Part shown: one piece after another, positions 49,374 through 59,674 of the stretch
Layout: each line of letters begins with the position of its first letter
Position numbering within the stretch: position 1 is the first letter of the stretch
DNA from: Candidatus Obscuribacteraceae bacterium
Lineage (GTDB): Bacteria; Cyanobacteriota; Vampirovibrionia; Obscuribacterales; Obscuribacteraceae
Direction of reading: 5' to 3'
Length of the DNA: 64,000 bases
NCBI GenBank assembly: GCA_044226015.1
Contig: JBGAHS010000003.1
Span: 128,001-192,000, forward strand
Position numbers and translations under genes: made by a program
The notes under the pieces: model-generated
The model's input: only the letters and a program-made list of their open reading frames with translations
Databases searched by the model: none
Told to the model about the DNA's origin: nothing

Positions 49374-49761
49374 TGAAGAACCTCCATGTTTCAGTGTACA
49401 AGAAAAAGTCTATTGATGCATTTGGACAATAACATTGAGATTTTAACGACGAGCTTTTTTCGAAAGCAGCAATATTCTCGTTCACTCACTGACACTTACC
49501 TACCAGTATTGATTGCCACGCCCCGCTGTCGACGATCCCAACGCCTTTCGGGCGGGATGCAAGAAAAGAAACTGTTGAATGAATCAAGAAGAAAAACTTA
49601 CCGTTCGGAGAGCATAAACTCAATCGCTGCCTTATTGTCCATCACTTCGCAGCCTATATCTAACATCGATGCAGGGAATTAATTACTGTTAGATCAGCCA
49701 ATAAAGCCCATTCACTGCCAAATGGTTTGATACCATAGTCGAAGGGGGGGTCACTAAAATA

Positions 49762-51213
49762 ATGGATTTCGATCCTTTTTCAAAAAACGATGACGAGTTT
49801 GAATTGGCAGTATGTAGCCAGTTAGAGGACATCATTCTGGATCGATCCATTTCAGTAAAGCCAGGACACAAGATCATGGTTTCTTTTTCTGGTGGACCCG
49901 ACTCAACTGCATTACTTCTTGCCATGAAAGCGTTTTGCGGAAAGACGTCAACGGAGTTGCATGCTTGTCATATCAATCATGGAATTCGAGGCGAAGAATC
50001 AGAACAAGACGAACAGTTTTGCAGCACATTTTGCCAGGAACATGAGGTCATTTTTCACTCAGAAAGACTGGAAATGTCCAGCAAAGCCGAAGCAGACTTG
50101 AGAGCAGCTCGCTACGCGAGCATTCAGTCGATAGCTGAAAATTACAAATGCGGAATTGTTTTGACTGGTCACACACTTGATGATCAGGTAGAAACAATGC
50201 TTTTCCGATTGTTTAGAGGAACTGGTCCCTCTGGTCTTTTAGGTATTCCAATTTTCAGATCACTGAGCGATCGCGTAATAGTTTTGCGCCCGATGCTCTC
50301 ATTGTCTCGTGCAGATTGCGAATCATATTTGCAACGACGAAACGTGCTTGCAAGAAAAGACAGCAGCAACAACGACGATGGCTATTCTCGCAATTACATC
50401 AGGCATCGCATCGTTCCTCTAATCGAGAAAAAATTTCCCGGGTTTCGTCAGCATGCAAATCAACTCAGAAAAGTGATCGAAGCTGATGAAACGTTACTGG
50501 CAGGACTTAGCCAGGATGCGGGTTATGAGCTAATGGAAAACGGAAACGCAAATGTCTGGACAATAGACAAATTCAATGAGCTTCCCTTGTCACTCCGGAG
50601 GCGAGTCCTCCGAGATGCGCTTCGCTCACGGAAAATTGAATGCGACTTCGCAACCATCGAATCAGCCCTGGAAATGATAGACCTAGACGGAAGCGGTGCA
50701 ATTTCACTGAATGAACATTGGGAACTTCGAATATCGAATGGAGAAATTGAGTGGCTCAACCGCCTTGACAAGCCAGTTGACCAGGTTCTATTTGGAGAGC
50801 TTTCTGTTGATGTCAAAGATGAAGGTCTGACGTTTCTGCACAACTTGGGACTTGTTCTAAAGGTAGAAAAGCTTGATAAATCAGTCGCAGAAATAAAATT
50901 CCCGGGTTCTCAAGAGCACGAAGCCATAGTGGATTTAAGCAAAGTTGGCGCATTGCAAATCAGGTTGAGAGAAGCCGGAGACCAAATCCAGCCACTCGGA
51001 ATGAATTGTATGGTCAGATTGAAAAAGTTTTTGCATACACACAAGTCCACAAAAACATTAAGTTTTGGCGGTAGGGTGCTGGTTCTTGCCAACGAGCAAG
51101 AGGTCATCTGGGTGCCGGGATGCGGAATCAGTCAACGGGTTGCTATCGGCGAAAAAGCTACGCACAGAGTTTCCCTAATGAGACTCAGTCCCGATGAGGG
51201 TTCCATATGTTAG
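49762..51213 (+). CDS. tilS: tRNA(Ile)-lysidine synthetase
   Basis: SFSGGPDSTALL (PP-loop), HINHGIRG, GHTLDDQVET, RPML, DSSN..YSRNYIR, C-terminal RLREAGDQIQPLGM. Confidence 0.95.
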   Translation: MDFDPFSKNDDEFELAVCSQLEDIILDRSISVKPGHKIMVSFSGGPDSTALLLAMKAFCGKTSTELHACHINHGIRGEESEQDEQFCSTFCQEHEVIFHSERLEMSSKAEADLRAARYASIQSIAENYKCGIVLTGHTLDDQVETMLFRLFRGTGPSGLLGIPIFRSLSDRVIVLRPMLSLSRADCESYLQRRNVLARKDSSNNDDGYSRNYIRHRIVPLIEKKFPGFRQHANQLRKVIEADETLLAGLSQDAGYELMENGNANVWTIDKFNELPLSLRRRVLRDALRSRKIECDFATIESALEMIDLDGSGAISLNEHWELRISNGEIEWLNRLDKPVDQVLFGELSVDVKDEGLTFLHNLGLVLKVEKLDKSVAEIKFPGSQEHEAIVDLSKVGALQIRLREAGDQIQPLGMNCMVRLKKFLHTHKSTKTLSFGGRVLVLANEQEVIWVPGCGISQRVAIGEKATHRVSLMRLSPDEGSIC

Positions 51214-51378
51214 TCGACATTGTTTGAAACGGGGTATAACCCAGTTAGAGCCGGTCGATTCAGAGTTTTATTTCTAGGCTTCAAAGACCGAAAAGGCTTA
51301 CAGATTAAGGCAAATGGCTTAGTGGCGACTAATGCTATAATCTGGTATTACTAATTTGTCAGGTCGCGGGGTACAAAA

Positions 51379-53373
51379 ATGCGGAAGTACGGAACAACAG
51401 GCGCCGTTTTCTTCTTGCTTCTGGTGCTTCTGGTCTTCGTGTTCTCGCTCAATCAAGCGACGAATCCTCCAAAACAACTACTGTTCTCAGAAGTTGTGGC
51501 GATGTTAGAGGAAGCGAAAGATCTTCCACCAAAAAACAAGACTGAGAAAATATCGAAAATTGAGTGCATCACAAACGACTCTTCGTTCCACATCAAACTG
51601 GCTGGAGCAAGTTCGATGGTCTCGGTGGTTGTTCCTCCCGCTTACACCGAAAAATTTGTCGACCTGATTAACCAGGCGGGCATTCCATTCGAAACAAAGC
51701 CGGATGACAAGAGCAGCTTCTGGTTCAGCATGATTAGCTCGTTCTTTCTACCTATTCTGCTGCTCGTCGGATTCCTATTTATGTTCCGAAGTGCTCAGAG
51801 CGGCGGCAACCAGGCTCTAAGCTTTGGTAGAAGCCGTGCCAAGCTCATGCTTGACAATAAAGTTAAGGTCACGTTCCAGGACGTTGCTGGTATTGATGAA
51901 GCCAAGCAAGAACTCCAGGAAATTGTCGATTTCTTGAAAAACCCAGAGAAGTTCCAAGCCCTCGGAGCCCGCATCCCAAGAGGAGTACTCCTGGTGGGCG
52001 CTCCAGGTACTGGTAAAACTCTAATGGCGAAAGCGGTAGCTGGAGAAGCTGGCGTTCCGTTTTTCAGCATCTCAGGTTCAGACTTTGTTGAAATGTTCGT
52101 TGGTGTTGGCGCGTCACGTGTGCGTGACTTGTTTGACCAGGCGAAAAAACATGCACCATGTATCGTATTCGTCGATGAAATCGACGCAGTTGGAAGACAG
52201 CGTGGAGCAGGTCTAGGTGGCGGTCACGATGAACGTGAACAAACACTGAACCAATTGCTAGTAGAAATGGATGGTTTCGAAGGCACCACAGGCATCATTG
52301 TGGTTGCAGCAACAAACAGACCAGACATCCTCGACTCAGCCCTCTTGCGTCCAGGCAGATTCGACCGTCAGGTAGTTCTTGATCCGCCAGACGTTGTTGG
52401 TCGTGAACAGATTTTGAAAGTTCACGGACGCGGCAAACCGTTGGCAAAAAATGTTGAACTCAAAACTCTGGCACGTAGAACTCCAGGTTTCACCGGCGCA
52501 GATCTTTCAAACTTGTTGAACGAAGCAGCATTGATTGCTGCTCGTGCAGACAAGCGAGAAATTGAAATGAACGACCTCGAAGTGGCTATCGACAAGGTCA
52601 TCGCTGGACCCGAAAAGCGCAGCCGCATCATGCCAGAGAAAGAAAAGCAGATGACTGCTTATCACGAAGTTGGGCACGCACTGATGTGTGAACTTCTTGA
52701 GGATGCGCATCCTCTGCACAAAGTAACAATCATACCGAGAGGTTTCGCACTAGGTCTGACAATGTACTTGCCTGAAGAAGAGCTTCTCAGCGTGACCAAA
52801 GCACAAATTCTCGACCAAATCGGAGTTTGCCTTGGTGGACGACTCGCAGAAGAAATCATTTACGGCGAAGAAAAAATCACCACTGGTGCGCAGAACGACC
52901 TGGAAAAAGCAACCAAGCTTGCTCGCCGCATGGTGACAGAGTTTGGTATGAGCGAACGACTTGGTCCGATGACTTTCGGCAAGCGCAACGAACACGTATT
53001 CCTCGGTCGTGATTTTGGTCACGAGCGTGATTATGGAGAGCGCGTTGCTGAACTTATCGATGACGAAGTAAAACGCATCATTGTTGAACGCTACGACATG
53101 GTAAAAGAGCTGCTCTTCAAATACGAAGATCACATGCACGAAATCGTAAAAGTGCTTCTCGAAAAAGAAACACTAGACAGAGACGAATTCTCTGCAATCG
53201 TGAAGCGCGTAAATCAATCAAAGGGTTGGGAAACTCCCGATGATGATAAGAATGACAAACCAACGAGCCCTCCCGCTATCGGTGAGAGCCTCGATGGTGG
53301 CGCGATTTCAATCGAGCTGCCTGGTGGAGATTCAGGTGAACCACCGCCGGAACTGCGCCCGAAATTCGCATAA
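51379..53373 (+). CDS. ftsH: ATP-dependent zinc metalloprotease FtsH
   Basis: Two TM helices, [40 protein letters not shown] zinc motif, TTGAQND. Confidence 0.98.
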   Translation: MRKYGTTGAVFFLLLVLLVFVFSLNQATNPPKQLLFSEVVAMLEEAKDLPPKNKTEKISKIECITNDSSFHIKLAGASSMVSVVVPPAYTEKFVDLINQAGIPFETKPDDKSSFWFSMISSFFLPILLLVGFLFMFRSAQSGGNQALSFGRSRAKLMLDNKVKVTFQDVAGIDEAKQELQEIVDFLKNPEKFQALGARIPRGVLLVGAPGTGKTLMAKAVAGEAGVPFFSISGSDFVEMFVGVGASRVRDLFDQAKKHAPCIVFVDEIDAVGRQRGAGLGGGHDEREQTLNQLLVEMDGFEGTTGIIVVAATNRPDILDSALLRPGRFDRQVVLDPPDVVGREQILKVHGRGKPLAKNVELKTLARRTPGFTGADLSNLLNEAALIAARADKREIEMNDLEVAIDKVIAGPEKRSRIMPEKEKQMTAYHEVGHALMCELLEDAHPLHKVTIIPRGFALGLTMYLPEEELLSVTKAQILDQIGVCLGGRLAEEIIYGEEKITTGAQNDLEKATKLARRMVTEFGMSERLGPMTFGKRNEHVFLGRDFGHERDYGERVAELIDDEVKRIIVERYDMVKELLFKYEDHMHEIVKVLLEKETLDRDEFSAIVKRVNQSKGWETPDDDKNDKPTSPPAIGESLDGGAISIELPGGDSGEPPPELRPKFA

Positions 53374-53381
53374 AATTCTTG

Positions 53382-53411
53382 AGGGAATGCCAAACGGCAT
53401 TCCCTTTTATT
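53382..53411 (+). terminator. Intrinsic terminator after ftsH
   Basis: AGGGAATGCC-AAAC-GGCATTCCCT followed by TTTATT. Confidence 0.85.
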
Positions 53412-53524
53412 TGATCAGGTTTGCTAGCTAGCAAGAACGCTGAATGAAAAAAGAACTCACTCTTGCCACCGTTGAATCCTCATGCGATCAAACTATTAGA
53501 CTTAGAAAATCGGAGTTGAATACA

Positions 53525-54334
53525 ATGAAAAAGAGAATAGTGCTCTTACTGTCATTAGCAATTATGCTGCCCTGTACAGGCGCTCAAGCAGCTCCTGCAA
53601 GCGGCAAACAACAGAGCATTAGCGAACTAGATAACATGCTCGCGAAGCTCTTGAGCAAGCTCAGCGAGCAAGCTGGAGCAGGAGACTCTGACAAGGTCGC
53701 TTCAACAAATCAGCTGTTCATCACTGCTATTAAAGCAGCAATGAGCGACCCAAAGCTGCTTAGCGCGTCACTTCCCAAATCAAAAGAAGCTGGACTCACC
53801 AAGCTAAGCTCAGCGGATGGCAAAGTTTGTTTCTACTCGTGGGACACCCAAACTGGTGGCACCATGCATTTCTACCGAGACTTCGTACAGTTCAAAACGA
53901 GTAAAGCAGCAGCATATCGAGATTTGAATCCTCCTGCAAAAGAGGAGGGCGATTTGGCTACAGGTTACTTTTACCACGACCTTCATAGCGTAGTAACAAG
54001 CAGCAGCAAGCCTGTATACATGCCGACCTACCGCTCAATTTTCTCAAATCAAGACCACAGTGACGGCATCACCGCTTACTCTATTGAAGGTGATAAATTG
54101 ATCGAAGTACCCTTTTTCAAAACAAAAACAAAAACGCTCAAGAGCATCAGCGTGCCTGCAATTGAAGTTGAGTGGAACGATAACGGACTGATCAATTTCA
54201 AAGATCAAAACAAGACTTTGCTAATTCCAATTACTGTGAAAGACGGCGGCGCGACTGGGCGGTTTCTCACATATCGCTTTAACGGTCAGTATTTTGTTTT
54301 TGATGAGAAAGCACGCGAAAAGCCAAAGCCCTGA
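53525..54334 (+). CDS. Secreted hypothetical protein
   Basis: GGAG RBS then MKKRIVLLLSLAIMLPCTGAQA signal peptide; SADGKVCFYSWDTQTGGTMH segment. ORF track starts 53444. Confidence 0.75.
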   Translation: MKKRIVLLLSLAIMLPCTGAQAAPASGKQQSISELDNMLAKLLSKLSEQAGAGDSDKVASTNQLFITAIKAAMSDPKLLSASLPKSKEAGLTKLSSADGKVCFYSWDTQTGGTMHFYRDFVQFKTSKAAAYRDLNPPAKEEGDLATGYFYHDLHSVVTSSSKPVYMPTYRSIFSNQDHSDGITAYSIEGDKLIEVPFFKTKTKTLKSISVPAIEVEWNDNGLINFKDQNKTLLIPITVKDGGATGRFLTYRFNGQYFVFDEKAREKPKP

Positions 54335-54342
54335 GCAAACCT

Positions 54343-54735
54343 CTATCGCGCTACAGAACATATGCTGTAGGCAATTATCCAGGGATAAACCAATACAATA
54401 AAAATGAACGAGACTGCAAGACCGATAGGAATTTTTGCAGTGCCCAGCAATTTCGCACGCGGACCCAGATAAGATGCGCAATAGATTGCCTTGTATAAGA
54501 CTTGCAAAATCAATACCGGCAAACAAAACCTGGGAAGTAGCAATCCGAACAGCGACAAGATAAGAATGGAAGACCAAAGTGAAGCCACCAGCAACCTGAG
54601 CCCATCAGAGTTGGCAACCGTTGACTGAAAGGCTCGAAGGGGACGTCCTTCGACGTCTGAAAACATAAAGTATAGAACAGGAATCAAAATGAAGACGTTT
54701 AGCGAATATGCAAAACGCAAAAACAACTCGTCCAA
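54343..54735 (-). CDS. Small four-TM membrane protein
   Basis: 130 aa with four hydrophobic helices (PVLILQVLYKAIY); GGGAG upstream. Confidence 0.7.
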   Translation of the reverse strand: MDELFLRFAYSLNVFILIPVLYFMFSDVEGRPLRAFQSTVANSDGLRLLVASLWSSILILSLFGLLLPRFCLPVLILQVLYKAIYCASYLGPRAKLLGTAKIPIGLAVSFIFIVLVYPWIIAYSICSVAR

Positions 54736-54862
54736 AACTTGAACTCCCTTGCAGCAGCACCATAAACCATAGCAAAATCATGTACATCTCTGACAGAGTT
54801 TCAACAATTAGGTAGCATCGCCTGGTCACTTTATTCAACATCCCAACGAGGCGGAGACACTA

Positions 54863-55582
54863 CTAAGACCTAAAAGGCTTCCATTCGCCATCTTCATGCA
54901 ATATTTCATTGGGAGTAAACGCGGCTTTGTATTCCATCGAGATGTTTCCGGCGATGTAATAGCCGAAATAAATGTAATCGAAACCCAGCTCGCGAGCGCG
55001 CTCAATCATTGAAATACAAATCCAATTTCCTAGCGAGCGGTCACGATGTTGCGGTGAGTGATAAAAGTAAATACCAGAAAACCCATCAGGCAATTGGTCC
55101 ACGTATGCAATTGCGAGCAGTTCATCACCCAGATAGTAAGCCCATTCCTGAACCGGAAGTGGACTCACAATAAACTGCAGAATACTCTGAACAGTCGATT
55201 CCTCGCTCTCTTTGACTGGATGCCAGCCTCGGGTTCCAGCATGATGTTGGTGGTGATCAACATAAAGCTTTATGCGCGCCTCATCGATGATGGGTTCGCC
55301 AACTACAAGCCGCAGTTCATCAGCGTTCTGCTTCATGATTCTCCGTTGACTGCGATTAGGCTTGTACTCTCGTACCGGTACGCGAATGGGTTGGCACGCG
55401 TTACAGCTGGGACACTCTGGACGAAAAAGAAAGTAACCAAAGCGCCGCCAGCGCAGGTTGATCAAATCGAGATAGTCCTGAGAACTAATCTCATCAATAA
55501 TTTCGGCGTACACCATCTCTGATTTTTGCGCAGGCAAATAATCGCAACGACGAAGAGGCATTCTCATCAAATTGACTCTCAT
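54863..55582 (-). CDS. bpt: ATE1-like aminoacyl-tRNA-protein transferase (bacterial Bpt / arginyltransferase family)
   Basis: CDYLP, WRRFG..FRPECPSCNAC.PIR, NRSQRR, SGIYFYHSP..RSLG, YIYFGYYI....SMEYKA.F.P; ATG 55582 with GGAG RBS. Confidence 0.85.
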   Translation of the reverse strand: MRVNLMRMPLRRCDYLPAQKSEMVYAEIIDEISSQDYLDLINLRWRRFGYFLFRPECPSCNACQPIRVPVREYKPNRSQRRIMKQNADELRLVVGEPIIDEARIKLYVDHHQHHAGTRGWHPVKESEESTVQSILQFIVSPLPVQEWAYYLGDELLAIAYVDQLPDGFSGIYFYHSPQHRDRSLGNWICISMIERARELGFDYIYFGYYIAGNISMEYKAAFTPNEILHEDGEWKPFRS

Positions 55583-55646
55583 CGCTAGCTCCGCACAACG
55601 ACGCCTGCCTTCGCAACAGATTTCACGCAAGCATCAAAGTTTGCGC

Positions 55647-56822
55647 TTATTTGTTTGCCTTTTTTTCTTCCTTGCTTGTCTCGCCAGGAGGCGCTTTGAT
55701 CTTGATAAGATCGCGCATATCTTGCTGCAAGAAACCAGACCCAGCACCAAAGAGCCCTGAACCAGGACCCAAGCCACCGCCGCCACCACCACCAATCGGA
55801 CTGAAGTTCTGAATCGGCAGAAAGTTCGCTTGCTGCAATTCCCGCATGTGCATGATGATTTGGTTTTTCGTTTGCGGGTTAGTATCAACCATCACGCCTT
55901 CATTGAACTTTTGAATGGCAGCTGGCACATTTCCCGATTTCTCGTGGCAAATTCCCAACGAATACAGCACATTGGCATCATCAGGCCGCACTTCATTAGC
56001 TTTAGTCAGATGATCAAGTGCTTCCGACCATTTTTGCTTCGAGATCAATATATTGATGATGCCCATGCGAGCCTGATTGTAGCGCTCATCATCAGACAGC
56101 GCCTTCTTGTACTCTTCCAGCGCCTCATCAACCTTACCAGCGCTAAACATCATGTCTGCTTTGGTGCTTCGGGCTTCCGCGTTTTTACCTTTCTGTTCGA
56201 TGGCAGTGTCAAGCTCTTTCATAGCCTGCTCTTTCTCGCCCTTTTTGAAGTGCAAAACGCCTTTAATTAAGTGAACGTCAGGATTCTTGTTGTTTTTGTC
56301 CAGAGCAGCATTTGCGTGCTCCATTGCTTTGTCCAGGTCACCAGTTTGAACATGCAACACCGACAGGGTGCTGTTTATCATGGCTTCGTTGGCACCCATT
56401 TCCTTGGCTGTGTTTAGCTCTTTCTTAGCCTCGTCCAGCATCGCCTTCTGCTCTGTGGAGCCAGCTTCCTTGCTTCCAGCCTGCGTTCGCAGGAGATTTC
56501 CCAGAATCAAGTGCATGTCCCTGTGCGTAGGCTTTATTTTCAAGCCCTCTCGGCATTCTTCAATAGCCGCATTAAGGTCTTGCTTTTGCACATAGATATT
56601 GACGAGGTTGAGGTGCGGTTCGAAAGCATCAGGCTTCAGGGAAGCCGCATACTTAAACGCTTTGATAGCGTGATCAACGTTTCCGTTGAAGTAGAGTAGC
56701 TGTCCCAGCTGCATCTTTTTGGCGTAGCTGGGCTTTTCAGCAGCGGTAGCGCCTGTTCCCAGCAGCATTATCGCGACTGTAGACAGGCAGATGAATTGAT
56801 AGTAATCCCGACGTGATTCCAT
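55647..56822 (-). CDS. Secreted multi-TPR protein
   Basis: Signal peptide, about 8 TPR units, C-terminal poly-Gly tract. Confidence 0.85.
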   Translation of the reverse strand: MESRRDYYQFICLSTVAIMLLGTGATAAEKPSYAKKMQLGQLLYFNGNVDHAIKAFKYAASLKPDAFEPHLNLVNIYVQKQDLNAAIEECREGLKIKPTHRDMHLILGNLLRTQAGSKEAGSTEQKAMLDEAKKELNTAKEMGANEAMINSTLSVLHVQTGDLDKAMEHANAALDKNNKNPDVHLIKGVLHFKKGEKEQAMKELDTAIEQKGKNAEARSTKADMMFSAGKVDEALEEYKKALSDDERYNQARMGIINILISKQKWSEALDHLTKANEVRPDDANVLYSLGICHEKSGNVPAAIQKFNEGVMVDTNPQTKNQIIMHMRELQQANFLPIQNFSPIGGGGGGGLGPGSGLFGAGSGFLQQDMRDLIKIKAPPGETSKEEKKANK

Positions 56823-57000
56823 AAACTAAAGCATAAACGAAACTGCTAATAGGAGCAAATTTTGCATAGAAAAGGAAACCTAAATAAACCTTAGAGTATA
56901 TGCGTTGCCAATGTTTAGGTGCTAATCTTGGACCCATCGCATCAGGAGCCGATCTCCTGAATCCGGACCGCGTTGTTCCAAGATAGCCGGAGGGTCATAC

Positions 57001-58500
57001 ATGGCTGTAGTACAAGAAAAGAAACTGCTTTGCGAAGAGTGGCTAAAACAGGAAAAGAAGCTTCTCATCGATGGTAAATGGGTAGCTGCTGAATCAGGCA
57101 AAACCTTTGAAACCACCAACCCAGCAACAGAAGAAGTTCTGTCCAAAGTTGCAGAGGGAAGCAAAGCAGACGTAGACAAGGCTGTAAAGGCTGCTCGCAA
57201 AGCAGTTGAAGACGGTCCTTGGCGCAAAATGTCTGCTGCTCACCGCGCCAGACTGCTCTACAAGCTCGCTGACGAAATCGAAAAGCGCGCTGATGAGTTC
57301 GCACAATTGGAAACCCTCGATAACGGCAAACCGATTAGAGAATCGCGTTACGTTGATGTAGTTCAGACAGTTGAAACCTTCCGCTACTACGCTGGTTGGG
57401 TTACAAAACTGGAAGGCGAAACAACCAACGTCAACAATGATTTCTTCACCTACACGCTTCGTGAGCCAGTCGGCGTCGTTGGACAAATCATTCCCTGGAA
57501 CTTCCCCTTGCTCATGGCAGCATGGAAGCTCGGTCCAGCACTTGCTTGCGGCAACGCAGTAATACTCAAGCCAGCAGAACAGACCCCTCTCACCGCCCTT
57601 CGCCTCGGCGAATTGGCTTGTGAAGTCGGCATTCCAGATGGCGTATTGAACATCATCACAGGTTTCGGACCAAACGCAGCAGGTTCTGCAATCTCCGAGC
57701 ACATGGACATCGATAAAGTAGCCTTCACTGGCGAAGATAAGACAGGCAAGAAAATTGTCGAAGCTTCGTTGGGCAACCTGAAGCGCGTCTCGCTAGAACT
57801 CGGCGGCAAGGCACCAAACATCGTCTTCGCTGACGCTGACATTGATGCTGCTGTTAAGGGCGCAATCATGGGCATCTTCTTCAACCAGGGTCAAGTTTGT
57901 TGCGCAGGCAGCCGCCTCTTCCTGGAAAAAGGCATCCATGACGAATTCATGACCAAGCTTACAGAGCGCGTAAGTAAAATGAAGCAAGGCAACGGTCTCG
58001 ACGAAAACACCCAAATCGGACCACAGGTCTCCAGAGACCAGCAGCAACGCATCCTCAACTACTGCGAAATCGGTAAGAAGGAAGGCGCTAAGTTGGTTTG
58101 TGGTGGCGAAAGCTACAAAGATGGCGAGTTAGCTAAGGGCTACTTCGTCAAACCAACAATCTTCGATGGCGTTAGCAACACAATGCAAATCGCTCAAGAA
58201 GAAATCTTCGGACCAGTTCTCTCAGTAATTCCATTCAGCAATATGGAACAAGTCGCTGAGGAAGCCAACAAAGTTCAATTCGGACTTTCTGGAGCTGTCT
58301 GGACCCAAGACGTGAAGAAAGCGCACAAGTTCGCTTCACACATCAAAGCCGGCACAATCTGGGTAAACTGCTACAACATGTTCGACCCACAAATGCCATT
58401 CGGCGGATACAAAATGAGCGGCTACGGACGCGAACTCGGAAAACACTCCATCGAGTTGTACACCAACATCAAGAGTGTTTGGGTCAACCTCGCTGACTAA
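57001..58500 (+). CDS. NAD-dependent aldehyde dehydrogenase (ALDH1/2-like)
   Basis: IIPWNFPL, KPAEQTP, AFTG, LELGGK, FNQGQVCCAG (catalytic Cys), EEIFGPV, PFGGYKMSG; GGAGG RBS. Confidence 0.96.
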   Translation: MAVVQEKKLLCEEWLKQEKKLLIDGKWVAAESGKTFETTNPATEEVLSKVAEGSKADVDKAVKAARKAVEDGPWRKMSAAHRARLLYKLADEIEKRADEFAQLETLDNGKPIRESRYVDVVQTVETFRYYAGWVTKLEGETTNVNNDFFTYTLREPVGVVGQIIPWNFPLLMAAWKLGPALACGNAVILKPAEQTPLTALRLGELACEVGIPDGVLNIITGFGPNAAGSAISEHMDIDKVAFTGEDKTGKKIVEASLGNLKRVSLELGGKAPNIVFADADIDAAVKGAIMGIFFNQGQVCCAGSRLFLEKGIHDEFMTKLTERVSKMKQGNGLDENTQIGPQVSRDQQQRILNYCEIGKKEGAKLVCGGESYKDGELAKGYFVKPTIFDGVSNTMQIAQEEIFGPVLSVIPFSNMEQVAEEANKVQFGLSGAVWTQDVKKAHKFASHIKAGTIWVNCYNMFDPQMPFGGYKMSGYGRELGKHSIELYTNIKSVWVNLAD

Positions 58501-58518
58501 TCCATCATATAAGTAAGC

Positions 58519-58550
58519 AAAAGAGGAGCAGGCGACTGCTCCTCTTTTCT
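58519..58550 (+). terminator. Intrinsic terminator after aldehyde dehydrogenase
   Basis: AAAAGAGGAGCAG-GCGA-CTGCTCCTCTTTT perfect stem with GNRA loop. Confidence 0.9.
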
Positions 58551-58900
58551 GTCAGGAATAAAAATTCTTGGCTCAAGGTGGCGTCTTCGAGCTTCATAAG
58601 AAGCTGCGCCAATGGGTATAATGCAAGGCTTCAACAAGTTTGATCAAAACGCCATAAAACTATATAACAGCGCTTGGGATAGCTACTTAAAACGTACAGG
58701 GCAAACAGAAGAAACAATCAAGCGAATTGTAGAAGAAGCTCGGAAGCTCCTCATTGAAAAGTAGGTGAAAAATGATAGATCCAGTTCTTATGCGACGTTC
58801 AGACAGTGGTGAAATTAGCCTCTATGATAAAAGAGACAAATTTATGGCGTGAGGTGACTTTGTCAAAATCATTGCTACCTAAAACGGAATCCGAACCAAA

Positions 58901-59674
58901 ATGAAGCGATTGATTTCAGCTTTAGTCCTGGTTCTCATAGCAGTACCATCGGCTCTGGGGGCGGAGCAAAAGGCAACTTTGCCGAACAAAGTTATATGGG
59001 CGTGGCAAAGACCAGAACATCTGCAATTTCTAAACCCAAAGGAATTCGGAGTTGCATACCTAGCCTGCAGAGCGCTTTTAAGCGAAGACAAAGTCATCTA
59101 TCACTGGCGCAATCAGACGTTGAGCTTGCCAGAAAACACGCAACTTATTCCCACAATTAGAATTGACGTTGACCTTAAAAATTCTCCTAAATTAAGCGCT
59201 GAGCAAATCGAATCACTGCTGAAAGTAATCGAGCAAATAGCGCATCGCCCAAACACGGCAGAGATTCAGATAGACTTTGATGCACGAGTTACAGAACGCG
59301 AATTCTATAGAAAATTAGTAAAACGAGTGAAGGAAGAGCTGAGCACCGTTCCCCTTTCTATCACAGCCCTTGCCTCATGGTGCCTTTTCGACAGCTGGAT
59401 CAAAGACCTACCAGTTGATGAATCTGTGCCAATGATGTTTAGCCTTGGCCAGGAACGTTCGAAAATTCTCTATTACTTCAAAACACACAAGACTTTCCTG
59501 GTCGATGGTTGCTGCAAATCACTCGGAATATCCATCGAAGATGCAGAGGTTAACGGAATCATGATTCCGCTTGTCAAAGAGCGTAAAATACCAGTGCGCA
59601 TTTTTGTGTTCAGCAAAACAGCGTGGAACGAGAGAAAACTTCAGGCAGTTAGGAAACTTCTGGGAGAACCATGA
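58901..59674 (+). CDS. DUF3142-like secreted protein
   Basis: Signal peptide; WAWQRPEHL, EIQIDFDA, LSITALASWC, VDESVPMMF. Confidence 0.75.
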   Translation: MKRLISALVLVLIAVPSALGAEQKATLPNKVIWAWQRPEHLQFLNPKEFGVAYLACRALLSEDKVIYHWRNQTLSLPENTQLIPTIRIDVDLKNSPKLSAEQIESLLKVIEQIAHRPNTAEIQIDFDARVTEREFYRKLVKRVKEELSTVPLSITALASWCLFDSWIKDLPVDESVPMMFSLGQERSKILYYFKTHKTFLVDGCCKSLGISIEDAEVNGIMIPLVKERKIPVRIFVFSKTAWNERKLQAVRKLLGEP

